From Nageia nagi (taxonomy: Eukaryota > Plantae > Pinophyta), in assembly GCA_050084985.1 (NCBI GenBank), contig JBITNC010000001.1, forward strand, positions 138,136,001-138,200,000: 64,000 bases of DNA, written 5' to 3'. Shown piece by piece: positions 1 to 14,200 of the stretch. The position numbers and the translations under genes were made by a program. Below the pieces are notes generated by a model. The model searched no databases. It had not been told where the DNA came from and worked only from the letters and a program-made list of their open reading frames with translations. Position 1 is the first letter of the stretch. Each line of letters opens with the position of its first letter.

Positions 1-306
1 TTGAGTAGTTGCACTTCCTAGATGTTTCCATTGTAAGTGCTAGTTCATTACTAATTTGCCATTCTATATAGTTGTTGGGATCTCAAGGCACTATTACTAG
101 ACATTGAGTGTTTGGGTGATTAGTTGATGTGATCTTGCCATTGGAGGTGTGACGTTGGCTCCTGGGGAGCACTCTACCCAGGATTTGAGGGTTAGAGTGT
201 GACATCCCTCTCCTAGGGATATTTTTGGCTAATTTGATTATTATTTTATTTTTGGAATTTGAGGATTTGCGTAGGATCTAAGTGAGCCCTAGTTTGGCTC
301 ATCACA
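1..306 (+). mobile_element. 3' end of an LTR (Gypsy-type), partial
   Basis: Ends ...ggctcatcaCA; shares a GTTGGCTCCT-like motif with the reverse complement of the 8908-10141 LTR. Confidence 0.4.
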
Positions 307-829
307 AATGGATAATCAATAATGCCCTTCTCTCCATGCGTCAATATCTCTAATAGCTAAATGCCTTTTAGGATCTAGATCTCCCCTAGGAATCATGCAA
401 AAGCTAGGATCTTGAGATCTTCACAATTACTCCTTGGAATCATGAACATGATTAATACAATCTCTTAGATCTAATCCAAATACTTCTACGCACCCCTAGA
501 AGAGAGATGTCTCATTCTAAGTGGCCCAATGGCACCATTACAATATATAATGACTACATATCCCAAGAAGATAGACGTAACACAAAGATATCCCTTCTAT
601 TTGAAGATAATTGTGAATTTCCGCATGCACGACTGTAGAATTCTGGGTTGGGGCACAAACTTAAAAGTGTAATATCTCTTTTGTTTCTTGATGGAACCCC
701 ATTGTGTAACATGTCAAAATGTTTGGCACAAGGTGCTCTGTCCATTCCAGAAGACGAATCATCAATACATGGCTTGTGGCACACATTATGTGATAAAATA
801 TGTTTTTATCATGTCATTTCCAATTTTGG

Positions 830-1757
830 AATATTACATTTTCTTGGCTAGGCAATTCTTTATTTTATGACCGTCTAGTTGATATCCATAACACCGAATT
901 GAAAATTTTTCATATTCAACTTTCTGGGTCCATTCTCCCTTCCAAGAAGAAAGAATGATGGATTGTGTCGAGGTTTTATCTTTGTACATTAAAATGGCCA
1001 ACCTGGCTTTGTTCATGTTCCTCCTACTCTTTAAATTTTCTTCAGGGTATTCATCCATATTATGATAAGAGCCTAACGAATCACCAATTTTGAGGAAAAT
1101 CTTCTCCCCTCAAAATTCGATTGGAAGGACATACAAATTAACCCAAACAAGGTGAAAATCAAATTTTTCCGATAGAGGATTGAAACCCAGGGATCATATT
1201 CATATGTAAATCCCTCGCTGACCAAAAAACCAATGTTGTCGCCAAACATACTTTATTCTATAAAAGTCATCAAAATAAACAGAAAAGAAATTATTGGATA
1301 ACAAGGTTACATGACATGTTGCATACCAACTCTTCTTGGCAAAGGCTTCTGAGATCATACAAGGTGGGTCTTCTTCCTCTGATCTTACATAATCATGCAT
1401 TTTTCTTGCTCCGCGAAATCAATGTCGAATTCCTTCTTATCAATCTCAACCCTAAGTGCTAAGTGTGACAAATTAGTTACCATTATTCAAAATTGCTTCA
1501 GGGTTTGAGTCTTGTTCTGCAACTCTAACGAAACCCTCCCTCCGACCATCATTAGAGATGTTGCCCTTGCTTCATAGCTTTCGATCATCCTTTGATACAT
1601 CCAAACAATTATCTCGCCTCGCCTCACAATCTACTTGAACCAAATCCACATCGCGATTCCTCTTGCTATCATAATCTGATCTGCTTTCTGCTTCACAGTC
1701 ACCTCTACCTCCATCCGACGTGCGTGCCTTCTCAATCGCCATTCCTCCGATGACCAA
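830..1757 (-). pseudogene. LINE (L1-clade) ORF1 remnant, DUF4283 plus zinc knuckle
   Basis: Minus-strand fragments NNFFSVYF...WFFGQRGI...PGFNP and WTQKVEYEKFSIRCYGYQLDGHKIKNC (degenerate CX2CX4HX4C). Confidence 0.75.
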
Positions 1758-1759
1758 TA

Positions 1760-1954
1760 TTTTTTTTGATATGTTAAACCATTATCTTAATTTCAAAGAA
1801 GGGTACTTAAACTCTATCATAGCTACCCAAGCCTGCATGAGTAATGTAACACCATCAAACCAAGGGAAGAACAGTGGGTTTTGAACTGGGACCTCCGCCA
1901 TTTAAATTAACTACTTTACCAATCCAACTTCCGTGGGCAGGCTCTGCACAGATA
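1760..1954 (-). mobile_element. tRNA-derived SINE-like element
   Basis: Minus strand has A-box-like AGTTGGATTGGTAAAG, B-box-like GAGGTCCCAGTTCAAAACC and a poly(A) tail (T-run 1760-1768). ACCAATATT occurs on both sides (1753, 1955). Confidence 0.55.
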
Positions 1955-1959
1955 ACCAA

Positions 1960-2412
1960 TATTGCTGCCCTGAAAAATATTCAGTTTTTTGTGTTAACTG
2001 TGATAGCAGATCTTGGAATCTGATATATGTAGAAAAATAATGGTGTTGAAGTTCCTGTAGACAAATTATTAGTTTTAGAAGTATGAAAGGGTGATTTTTC
2101 TTTCTAGAATAACTAGCCATGATCACTAAAACATAACATTTTAAAAGAATAATTGAATATGAATTTCACTTACTCTTAAGTTTTAATTAGTTATGACAAA
2201 TAACAGGATCTGTGGTTTTTGAAGTTATACTGGCAGTCAGATGTGTAACCCTTGTAATGGTTATGTTGAATCTTTTGATATATAAATGAATAATTTGTAT
2301 GTAGCGTAGTTGCAAAAAATGCGACCGACAATTTATTTGAAAGCTCTGGAAAACATCAATAGATTTATTTTGGTAGTTAATCAGCAATTTATCCGAAAGA
2401 CTTTGATATTTT

Positions 2413-2456
<44 letters not shown>

Positions 2457-2935
2457 TGTCAAAAATACTAATTGAAAGGTGCCAAATCTCATAAAAAATG
2501 TGTTTTTCAATTGTGCACATGATTTGTCCCTTATGTCTGGGCGAAATGTTGTTTTATATTTTCAGGCTTTCAGCTTGTGGCTTTTTTTTCGATGGTTGAA
2601 GAAATTTTTTGATAGATATTGCTGCGCTGGAAACTATTGAGCTTTTTTTGTGTTAATTGTCATATTTTGCAGATCTTGGAATCTAATATTTGTAGAAAAA
2701 TAATGATGTTGAAGTTTCTGTAGACAAATCAATGATAAATATATTTGAATTACTTATGTATAATATGTTATAGAGGTCATATCTAAAAGTATGAAAGGAT
2801 AAATTTTCTTTTAAGGATAACTTGCCATAATAAATAAAACAGAACATTAAAAAAGAATAATTGAACATGAATTTTATTCACTCTTAAGTTTGAAGTAGTT
2901 ATGACAAATAACAGGATCCATAGTTTGTAAAGTTA
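1960..2935 (+). repeat. Diverged direct duplication (~1960-2230 and ~2617-2935) around an (AT)n microsatellite at 2415-2454
   Basis: Shared GCAGATCTTGGAATCT...GTAGAAAAATAAT...AAAGAATAATTGAA...AGTTATGACAAATAACAGGATC. Confidence 0.85.
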
Positions 2936-3522
2936 TACACTTGATAACAATCATTGAGCAGATCTATAATATTCTCTGAAGTCCTAGTCAGCAAGATTCC
3001 AAGATAGTAACTTTATGAAGGTTATAATCATTTGAAGTTTATCCCAATTGTCCACTTTTAAGTTTTTCGTTTTCCTTAATTCAAGTTTCAATATTACAGA
3101 AGTCATGATGAGATTGATTAGTTTAATTATAATCTTTTGGCTACCCATGAATAGAGCAAGTGACGCATTTAACTATTTTATCTTGGCTTTCATCATTATG
3201 GAATACTCGAGTTATGGCTTTGGGGGGCACAATATGTCAAACCGTGCAATATTAGACAAAATTTCAGTGGAAGTGGCTTTTAGATAGATCTTCCTTGCAA
3301 TGCTAGTCATGATAGATGTGTTTGTAATAATTCAATCTTGGTAACTTCTTGAATAATTTGTTTAAATTGTCAGTTCACACATCTTAGAAAACAAATAAAG
3401 GATGGGGAAGTACCATGTTTGCAACATATCTGTTTTACATGGTTTAGAGTTTTAAGTAGTGTCTTTCTAACATTTTAGATATTAATGTTCTGAATCCAAA
3501 TGAAGTTATATTTTTTTTTCAG

Positions 3523-3697
3523 ATTAGTGGTTGACAGAGAAACTGGAAAGCCAAAAGGTTATGGATTTTGTGAATATCGAGATGAGGAGACAGCAGCTAG
3601 TGCACGTCGAAACCTCCAAGGTTATGAGGTTAATGGTCGTCAATTACGTGTTGACTATGCTGAAAATGCCAAAGGTGTTGACCGGAATAGAGAACAG
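3523..3697 (+). CDS. CSTF64: CstF-64 homologue, internal exon (C-terminal part of RRM); upstream coding exon(s) outside window
   Basis: Polypyrimidine+AG at 3521-22, GT at 3698. Encodes [48 protein letters not shown] (RNP1 KGYGFCEY), typical of the CstF64/Rna15 RRM. Confidence 0.95.
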
Positions 3698-4789
3698 GTA
3701 GTGAACTAACCTGAAGGCTCTTTTAACAAGAATGATGATTTAAAATCCGGTTAGAAGAAGAGTTTTTAATTGTTCTATAGTGCATTTATTTGCAACTTCA
3801 TGTTGGACTCTACACATTGGTTGTGCTAAGCTCTCATGTTTTTGTTTTCTTTATAAAAATTCCAGTATTTGAACCCAAATAAAGAATGTTTTCATTTTGT
3901 ATTTTGAGATCGTAGGAGACAATGTAAAGTGGATTTTTCTGAGTGTATATCTGTAGCTATCTTCTTAAGAATTATTGCACCTTTTGTCTGTTCTTGATGA
4001 CTTTTGACTTTTTGCATGCTTTTCAGTATTCATTGATTTGCTAAACAAGTAGTGTTGACCATCTTGTGCAAGCCAGTGGGCTCAAAGTACAGATACCTCT
4101 TAGACTATTATCTTGAAATATTTTTTTGTCTCCTTCAAAGGATTGTGTGTTCTCCATAACAAATTCATTAGCTTATCTCTAAACAATTTTTATATTTCAT
4201 TATCCAAAATCATGGTTCAAGATGATTTCACTCTTTTTTGGCAATTGATAATGACAAAGCCTTTTAATTTTAAATCTGCTGCAAATTAGAATCTTGTTTT
4301 TCATGGGCTCCCTTCTGTTATTTTTGTTGGTGGGTATCTCTTTAGTGTTCCTCTCATGGGATAGTCTTCCTCATGGCTTTGAATGTATTATTTGTTATGG
4401 TTCACCTCTTTACATCTATTCTTTTCTTAGAATGCTCTTTTGCTTTCTGGCATTACATGTTCTTTTGCTTTCTAGCTTTACACTCTTTCAATTTTTTAAC
4501 TTGCTGTACTTGTCAGTTCTATTGTCCTTCTTTGGTCATATGTCTACTGCAAGTCTGCAACAGATTAAAAGGTTATAACTTGTAAGGACTTCAATTTTTT
4601 AAATTGCTAATGGAATAGCTTGGCATGTACCATTAGTCACCAAAAAGCAGGCTATAAAGCATTAGGATAACATTAAAGAAAGGCTGTTAGCGAGGTGGAC
4701 AAATGAATGTTCAAACTGTTAGTGTGTTTGGGACTTCGTAAATCAGTCTTGGAAAATGTTTTCATCTATATGGCATTTCTCTTACATTT

Positions 4790-7240
4790 TCCTTGTTCTT
4801 CCTGGTGTTAAGGATTTTCATTTTCATGAATTTGAGGTGCCAATTCCAAAAATTGATCAAGATGGGCATTCCCCCCTCTTGTATTGGAATCTAATTTTGA
4901 AATTCATGCTGATTTAGGCATATTTGTCAAGATGATCCAACTATTGCTTGATGATGGCTTCATCTCATGTTGTTTCATAGAAAATGACATCTCTAGAAAC
5001 AATGAGCTTCTTATCAAGAGCATCATAGAGATTATTTGCTTTGATGTGTTGGAATAGCCTAGAAAAATATATTTGCAACTCCTTGGTTCCAATTTGTTTC
5101 TCTTCTCCTTAGGAATTAAAACATTACAAGTAGACTGAAAGACCTTTATATGCTTCACCAAAGGAGGGTGGTCATACCACATTTGATATGGAGTCTTATT
5201 GTGGAGAGCTGTTGAAGGACACCTATTTATGATATAAATCACATTAAGAGCAGCATTAGACTGAAAATTGAACTCAACTCCTTTGAAATACAACATGGCC
5301 CTCACCATATTCAAAATGGTTCTATTCACCCTTTTTGCAACACCATTTTGTTGTGGATTTCTTGGAGCTGTTGTTTGATATTTGATTCCTTGTCAACAAA
5401 GGTATGCTTCAAATTCCCTTGATTGTATTCTCCCCCATTATTAGCGAGAAGAGTGCCAATCTAGGTTTATATGCATCAGATTTCTTTTTCAACAAATATG
5501 TCCAAGTCATCCAAGTGTGATCATCAATGAAAAGTAATTATGTAAACCGTTTCTAATTGCAAATGCAATTGCCAAGGGTCCACACAAACCTAAATGTATG
5601 GGTTCCAATTTTCTTTTAGCTCTCTAGGTGGAGTCTAAGAATGGCCATTTGTGATGTTTTGCTAAAATGCAAGCCTCACTGGATCAAACATGCTTCACAG
5701 CGTGGGCAATTCGACAACACCATGCTTTTGCAATGTGCAAATGCTGTCATAATTGAGGTACACAATTCTTGCGTGCCATAGGAGGCTTGATGAAATTGTA
5801 TTGTGCTCTGTGAGGCACGTAAGGCTTTTAGCATGTGATGTTTCGTCTTTTAGTTTCATAAGGATTTCATTTTCCCAACTGATCATCATGTCTTTACTGT
5901 CAGAAATTCTTATGACCACCACTACATTACTCATGTGAAATGAATGGCCTTGTTGCCTAATGAGGACAAGCGACTAGTGGTTTATACACAGTTGGGTAGA
6001 CGCAATACATCCCAAAATAGGAATACTGGGAGTCTATGCAATTTGAGCGTGATGCTACTAATTCCTGAAGGATAGATGCATGATTTATCCGACAAATAGA
6101 TTTTGCCAATTATATTTTCATTGAACTCCTCAAAGAAATCACAATGGAAAGTCATGTGTTTAGTGGCACCAGTGTCCAAAAGCCATGCATCAAACTAGCA
6201 TGCATATGAGATATGATTTACACTATCTACTGTTACAAGGGCATCACCATCAACTCTAACATGGCAATGACCAATCACATGGTGTCCTAATTTAAAAGTC
6301 TACCCTTTGTCCTTTTGAGACCCCTCTATTTTGTCCCATGATGTACAAAAATCGATTGGCTTCATGTTCTTTTCTTCAACATCTTGTGCGAAACAGATTT
6401 TGTCTATCCCCTTGATTTGAATTTTTTCTACATCCTCTTCCTGTCAACATTTTACCTTGGCCTTTACTACTCTTACTAGTTTCACCCCTAGAAGATGAAC
6501 CTTGGTGTTGATTTTTACCTTTTTGTTGAGCAATATATTGTGTTACATCAAGCGATTCAATAGTTTGTCTTCCAAAGGCTTTGGCACATGAAGCTAACTT
6601 GTCAACCAAACTATTAAAAGTGAGTGTTTTCAGTTGGTTACTTGCTTGGAGAGACCCAGATAGTTAGACTGAATGGGGAGGAGAGCCTTGTTGAAAGCCA
6701 TCTGATAGATGTCTACTTTTCCTCTAGCAACATCTATATCTTGCTTGATTGCTTTGATATCTGAGGCTAGACTTATGATATCACCAATTGTTAGCTCAAG
6801 GTTGAATAACTTAATGTGAATTATATATTTCCTTAAACTTCTTGTAGGCTTCCCATGTTGCATCAAAACTATTGATGTGTTGATAAACTTCTCCATTGAC
6901 CAAAGCTCAAATCAAGGCAATAGCCTTGGAACTCTTGCGTTTCCACTTTTCAAATTCTTTTTGATTTGTGGACTTTTGAGGCTTTGTTGTGCCACTACAA
7001 TTGTCTATCCACAAATCATTGAAGATAAGTATGCTTTTTTAATTTTTCTAGACCATTTCAACCAAGTATGTTTACCAACTGCAGTCGTACCTGATAATGT
7101 TACAAGAGTATATTTTGAAAATTTTGGGTTAGCAAGGGATATGGATGGTTTCCTTATCACTTGTTTGTATGTTGAAGAAGCTAGTCGTTTCGATACACTC
7201 ATTGGTACTTGAGAGAGACTTAAGGTACATGGTACCAAGG
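4790..7240 (-). mobile_element. Degenerate Ty1/Copia remnant: gag, protease, integrase; no RT or LTRs seen
   Basis: WLLDTGATKHMT, LWHARIVYLNYDSI, QQNGVA..NRTILNMVRAML, KEKRNKLEPRSCKYIFLGYS; many stops and frameshifts. Confidence 0.9.
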
Positions 7241-8907
7241 ATATATGTGAAAGTGATTCATCCTATTTTGATTTATAGTTATTGAGAAATCCTCATATGC
7301 ATGTGACTTACCTTTATATTTGGATTCTTTGACAGCAGGATTTATGTCGAGTGGTAGCAATGAATGGGTAGATTGAGGGAAAGGAAGTGAAAAAATTGTT
7401 TTTCTTATAACTTCTTGATGAATTATAGAGTTGATGTTCAGATGTCATTGTGGCAACTTTATTAGGCATTAAACATAGTAGCTCATCATGACGGCTTTAC
7501 CTGTAAATGCGAGCCAAATGTGTCATTTATATCGAATAGTGCGATTTGGTTGCAATTTGCAAACCTTGTTTAGTTGTTAGGTATCAGAAATTGTTGTAAT
7601 TTAAGTATCAATGGACATAAAAAGTGTGGTATACAATTTTAAAGAGTGAAAATAATCTCCAAAAGAAAGAATTCATAAAAGTATTACAAACCCTTTAATT
7701 TTGTTTTGAAATCACTAGGACAAAATGCATTGTTTTGGCAATAGTTTAAAAATGCCCATCAAGTTTTTCTTACAAAACAAATATACCTCAAAAGAGATTG
7801 TAAAAATTATTAAAATGCTTCCAAAGTTTTAGGTATCAAGATATTTAAATAATAATTTATAAGGTTTAAACAAAAACTAAATTAGGCATTTAAAAAACGG
7901 CCGGTTGTGACTGGGCTGAAAGAGGTGGCAAGATGCACGGTTGTAAGCTGGCAGGCAGTTCGTAGGCACATATTCTGTGGACTGCAAGCCTCCCATGGCA
8001 ATTGGAGAATGCACAGATTTTGTAAATGATACATGTTGGCAGGTAGACGAATGGGTCTGCACCGTAAACTGTCAATGGAGTCAGGTGCATGAGCAGTAAT
8101 ACAGGTCAGGCGTCGGCCAGCAGAAGCAAACGGCGAATGTGCAGGTCTGAACAAGTTGGCAGTAATGCAGGATCCGACGTAATGTGGATGGATGAATGGA
8201 CTGTAGTGAATGCATTGATATTGTTATTTATTAAGGCTATTGTTGATTCCACTGGCATATAGATACGTTTGTCAGATGCACAGCTGTACAAATGCAGAGG
8301 TGAACATCGAGTGCAGAATCCTTTCCGTCCCTAAGGTAACATGCACAGATGCATGCTGCTCTCTGAATAATGTCGGCCTTGCAGTTTAGCTAGCTGAATA
8401 TTCTGGATGCACACAAGTTGTTGTGATTGACATTGATGTCCGTTATGTGAACAGAGCTGCAAAAGGATTGTAAGCATGAGATAATGTCTTTACAATCTCT
8501 CTCCATATGATTCATGGTTCTTGGGGGCCATCTCATCTATAAGCAGGAGAGTGCAAACAGTAACAGTGGCAGTTAGAGTGTATGCAGCAATTGGGCGTAT
8601 CACAGACTGGACATTAAGCATTCTGAACGTTCATGGAGATTTGTTGCAGAACCAGAACAGCAGAACTATAGTGCTTCTTTTGAAGGATATATTTTGGAAC
8701 TCACACAGCTTGCTGGCCTATGATATTATGTGCGGGGACGTTAGCTTTAATGGTGCAGTGTCACATTTGATGCAGTTTGTATGTGCAAGCGGAAACAATT
8801 GTGATTTTGGAGTTTCTACTCCCATCAGTGGCCGGGCTTTACTAGCAATCCTACCAGTACACAACTACCAAAATTGGTTACACAACTAGTTATCAGTTGC
8901 GTTGTCC

Positions 8908-10141
8908 TGTAAGATCCCAAATACAATTTCAAGTGCAAATAATAAAAAACAAGCAAATGTACACCCACGTCTGGACTAGAGCATCAAAACCAAGCATAAA
9001 CAAGCCCTCAATGCCAACGTCTCACATATACAAGCATGAATGCACCCAAACAGCCCAACGTTGCAAATATGGAAGCATACACATTAAGTATAGAGACAAT
9101 AGTGAGATCCACGATGCCCACAGATGTATTAATGATGAAGAATGACAGATGATACAATACGAGGCCCAAAAGGCCCAATGTTGGTCTCCAAGGAGCCAAC
9201 TAGCGCACAACGAACATATAAATGTGATCACTGTTGGAACCACAGATGGGACAACCTCACTCCCTCAAGCCTTGATGCTCTGTTGTAGAACTCCCATGCC
9301 TGGAAACCACCAAAGGTAGAAGTGTGACCTCGGAATACCACCGGATGGACTAAGATGCTACACCTTAGCCGTAGATTAGCAAGATCCCTCAGCCTGCTAA
9401 CCCTTCTAGATGCTGCAACCAGGGAGATTGCTTGATGTTGTGCCAAGTCTTGTGTCCATTGGACGGTATGAGAAATAATAATAATCAGGTATATCCATGC
9501 AATGATGCTATTCTTCTTTATATAACAATCCCTGGATTTGGATCTCACCTAGATATCATCACTCCAACCTCCAAGTCCAACGTTAGCCTTCTAGAGGCCC
9601 TCAAATGCCCAAACGTGTGGTTAGATGTGTCCTAGGTATCTAACATTTGCAAACGCTGCCTAGGGATGCCAATAATTACAAGATCCAATGGCTAGATATG
9701 CAACGCCTCATTATTGGAGATTGATATTGCATTTACAATTATTAATTGCCTTGGAATCATGTATTACAACTCGTACAAGTGGCCCTCATAAAACATACTA
9801 AATCTGTTCTTAATTACCAAGCTCACACCTAAATATAATCCATAATTAATTCATATCCCAAGGAGTGGGACATCACATTTCAAGGGGTCAATATGGAGAT
9901 GTTTCTTGATTTTCGTGAGTGGCCATGATATGGAAGACTGGTCAAACTTCAAGAGGCCATAACTCTTTCGTTTCTTGATGAAACCATGTCAAAATGTTTC
10001 CCATGAGATGCCCTATCCAATGAACAAATCAAATCAACTCTACAAGACCTGTGGTGAACTCTATCCTCATAATTATTTATTTACAATAGGTAGTCCTTAG
10101 GATTCCACAATTAATTATTTGTTACAAAAGGGGATGTTACA
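8908..10141 (-). mobile_element. Solo LTR (1234 bp) with 5-bp TSD TGTCC
   Basis: TGTAAGATCCC...GGGATGTTACA (10/11 inverted match); TGTCC at 8903-8907 and 10142-10146; orientation inferred. Confidence 0.85.
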
Positions 10142-11217
10142 TGTCCCAAAACCCTTAATTGTTTACAGTTGGGAGCCTAGTGTGCAATCTGTTGATTGGG
10201 CTCATTTTGAGCGGCTTCAAATTTTGATGCTCCAATGTTTGATCCATTGTAAATGGATAGTTCTCTAGTGCATTGCCTAGGCTAAGTTCGATGCCCCACC
10301 CCTTTGCCTTGAATGCATCTTTTGGAATAACTTTTATGTTCACATACTTTGATCCATGGGGGACTCTACCTCTATTCGTGCAAGATATTCGTTTCTAGCT
10401 CTTTGCTCCTCCAAGGAGATCTCCTCCTTAGGCTCCTTCAAACATCGACGTTGTTGGTTCTTTGCGACTTATTTGCTTCTCCAATCTATTGGTCTCTCCA
10501 TTAATCGACTACCTCCCTTTAGATACTCTCTAGATAACCCCTCCTTCATCTCTTGAAGGAAAGTACTTGTAGATTTGTCCATGTTGATATTTACGGATAA
10601 TACACCCTAATCACATGGAATTCTCCCTCTATACCCCTTAGCCTTAAGCTGGCTTTCAATGTAGAGCACTTTTTATAGGATGTTGATAGTATCATCAGCT
10701 GACCTGCCTATCTCCAACATCATTGGTCACATGGCTTGAGGATCCTTGTTGGTTAGTTGAGAGTATGCTCCCATTAGCTTTGTATCAAAACCAACCACTT
10801 TATTCTATGTGAAGACCACATTTGTCTGTTGTCTTTGCTCCATTTGGGAAGTGGAGTGTGAAGACCACTTTATTTTTTGATGCCCTATCTCCTATGAGCT
10901 TTGGGGGAGATTCCACTGCTTATTCAAAGAGTCTAGCAACTATCTTCCCACTTCTTTCAGTATCCCAATTAGCGGTGCCTAGCCCTTTATATTCAAGAGG
11001 TTGGCACTCTCAGACGTAGATCTCTACTTGAGGCCTCTAGAGCTACCAATATGATTTCTTCTTTCATGTAGCCCATCACAACTATTAGAAATGTTAAATG
11101 CCTTTGAGACATTTCTAGTTTTCGCATAGATGGTGATAGGTTAGTTCATTAACGTCTCTTCACCACACACTTCTACCTAGGTTCCCAACAACCTTCCCAC
11201 CTTAGATGCCAAAAATC

Positions 11218-14200
11218 TAGTGTTCCACGGGGACACGTTCCCCCCCTGGAGGAGCCGTTCTTGGCGTTTCCATGTTTTGGGAACTTGGGAATGCCTAGGG
11301 AAACGTTTCCCAGCCGTTCCTTTTTTGGGGGATGGTTGGGTGATGTCCCTGGGACGTCTTCTAGGATGGGGTGAACGTTTCCCGACTATCCCTCCCATCG
11401 GGAACGGCTAGCCGTTTCTCGACCGTTCCTGGGGACAGTTAGCCGTTTTCGGTATCCCCTCGTGGTCAGACCCAGCAAGACTGGGATTTAAAAAAAAAAA
11501 AAGCTTTTGACTTGGAAAAAAACCACTTAAAGTGATTTTTGATGGACCCCACCATGTTTGCATGCCTTCTAACCTTAAAAAGGTGCTCTAAAAGACTAAA
11601 AGTGATTTTGTAATCACTTGTCATTGTGTAGAGTAGAAAGAGGAGGAAGAAAAACATAGCAGTGGAAGAAAAAGACAGCAGTGAAGAGAAAGAGAGCAAG
11701 GAGGAAGAGAAACACAATAGTGTAGAGAACAAAAGCTAAGGAGGAGAAAAAAGTTACCTAGCACAATCCAAGGTTTTTTTGTTTCTCAGTTTCTACTTGT
11801 TTATAGTTTAGTTTAAAACTTTAAACTTGAAAGTTAAACTTTATAAGTTCACTTGTAGTTGTTTTTTTTTAAAAAATAAGATGAGTAGTGAGATTGGGGA
11901 AGAAAATCAAAGCTATTAGGTAGAAACAAAAATGGGAGCTGAAAATGAGCAAGAAACACATCAGTTTTTGATTGCCCATCCACAGTGTTAAAAGGTTTTG
12001 CTAAAGGGCCATTTAATCCTAAAAAATCTTTGATGCAATTTGTTACAAACCTAGATGCTGGAAAAAAAATTGAAGGGAGAGCAAGAACTTTTAAATGTCA
12101 CTTTTGTAACACTCAATTTAAAGGGAGTTATACCAGGGTTGAATCACATTTGACTGATAAACATGGGACAAGGGTGAGGGTTTGTAAACAAATGGATAGA
12201 TTTATGTTTGCATAAGCTAATAGTCTTGTACAAGAGGCTTATCTTAAGAATCATGGGCTGCCCATTAAATGTAGCCAATCCTCCTATGTATCCTCCTCAT
12301 CAGCTAGAGAAAAAGAAGTTGCACTCTCTTTTAGCTTGCCAAGTCCTACATTCCCTTCCAAAAAAAGAAGAAATATAGCTGAAGCATTAAACTTGCAGCA
12401 AGAAAAAGAGGGCTAATGATGTAGTGGGAAAATTATTTTATGCACATGCCTTGCCTTTTCATCTTGCACACTCACCTTACTTGAGGGCAGCATTTGAGGA
12501 AGTAAGGTTGGCTAGGCCTTCATATGTACTACTTGGTGAGACTAGACTTCGTACTTCTTTTTTGGAGAAGCAGTATACTAGATGTAGTTTGATGATGTAG
12601 CAGTTGAAGGCTACATGGGTGCGTAGTGGATGTTCCATTATTATGGATGGATGGACTGACATTTGTCAATGTCCACTCATCAATATAATGGTGTCATGTC
12701 TAGAGGGTCCTTATTTTCTTCGAGCTATTGATTGCTCGGGGAAGAAGAAGGATGCAGAATTTCAGTTCCTCTTGCTGAAGGAGGTTATTGAGGAGGTGGG
12801 ATCCTCCAATGTTGTCCAGATAATCACTTTACTAAGTTTACTTTTAGTTTTCAAATTTATTTTTTGTTGTGCAAATGCCAAATTTTAATGTTTTAATTTT
12901 TTACGTAGAGATAATTATAGATGCAGCCCCTGTTTGCAAGCGTGCAGGAAAATTGATAGAAGGCACTTATAGGCACATTTTTTGGACCCCATGTTGCATT
13001 CATGCATTGAAGGACATTGGGAAAATAGATTAGGTGAAGAATGTGGTTGCAGAAGCAAGAGACCTGCAAATGTTTATTTGCAACCATCATACCTCATTGG
13101 CGCTCTTTCGTTCCTTCTCAAACAAGGAGTTCCTTAAACCTGTAGATACGAGATATGCCACTTATTTCATTCTATTGCAAAGGATGATTGAAGTGTAGGA
13201 GGCACTACAATCCATGGTAGTTTGTGTAGAATGGAAGAGGTGGCCAGAATCTCAAATAGAGGAGGGAAAAAGACTTAGAGATAAAGTCTTAGATGAGAAT
13301 TGGTGGGTTGAAGCCAGGTAATAAAGTTTAGAAGTTTCACTATTGTAGTTTGAATTTCAAGTTGGATTGGTCACTAGGTAATGACTAGTGACTAATGACT
13401 AATTGTTCAATTAGTTCTAAGATTTTTCACTCTTTTTTTTATTGAATGTAGGTACATTGTATCTTTTATTTCCTCAGTTTTTGAAGTGATAAGGTATGCC
13501 GATATAGATTCTCCTAATTTAGGAGAGATATATGAGACCTTCGATAGCATGCTTGGGAAATAAAAAAAATAATTTATGACAAAGATCCTTCTTTTTATGA
13601 AGGCCATATTAGACCCATCATAGAGAAGAGGTAATAAATGTTGATTGTTGACTTTAGTTTCAATTTGGTTTGTTAACTTTAGTCTTTAAGTTTATTAATT
13701 TTTTATTTTATTTTTTGTAGGTGGAATAAGATGAATACTCCTCTCCATATGGCTGCCCATATATTGAACCCAAAATGGTATGCACCAAAGATTGGGAAAA
13801 TGGCACCTAATGATGATATTGAGTTGAAAGATGGGTTCATGAACTTCTTTGCCAAGATGTTTTCAAGAGAGGATGGTTGTATAGTTAGAGAGGAGTTTGT
13901 AAAATTTGTGAGACTTAAGGGTCCTCGTTTCAGCAGGCTAGAGTGCAAGGAGGATAGGGCTACCATTGCCCAAACTAATTCCATTGGATGGTGGGAGCTA
14001 TATGGAGATGATGCTCCACACTTGAAGCATCTTGCGATTAGGCTCCTTTCCCAGGTTAGTAGATGCCACTGGCATGCCATTAAGCATTGTACTATTGTCT
14101 ATTGATTATAGACTTATAATTATAGTCTATTTGTCAATTTGAATGATTGTTTGAGATCTTAAATTTCTATTTCTCACATAATCAGAAATGAGAAATCTAA

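Noticed and set aside
1880-1945. tRNA gene
   Set aside because: Only degenerate A/B boxes and no cloverleaf; the poly(A) tail favours a SINE.
1-3522. First coding exon of CSTF64 (VFVGNIPY motif)
   Set aside because: Not found in this interval; it must lie upstream of the window.
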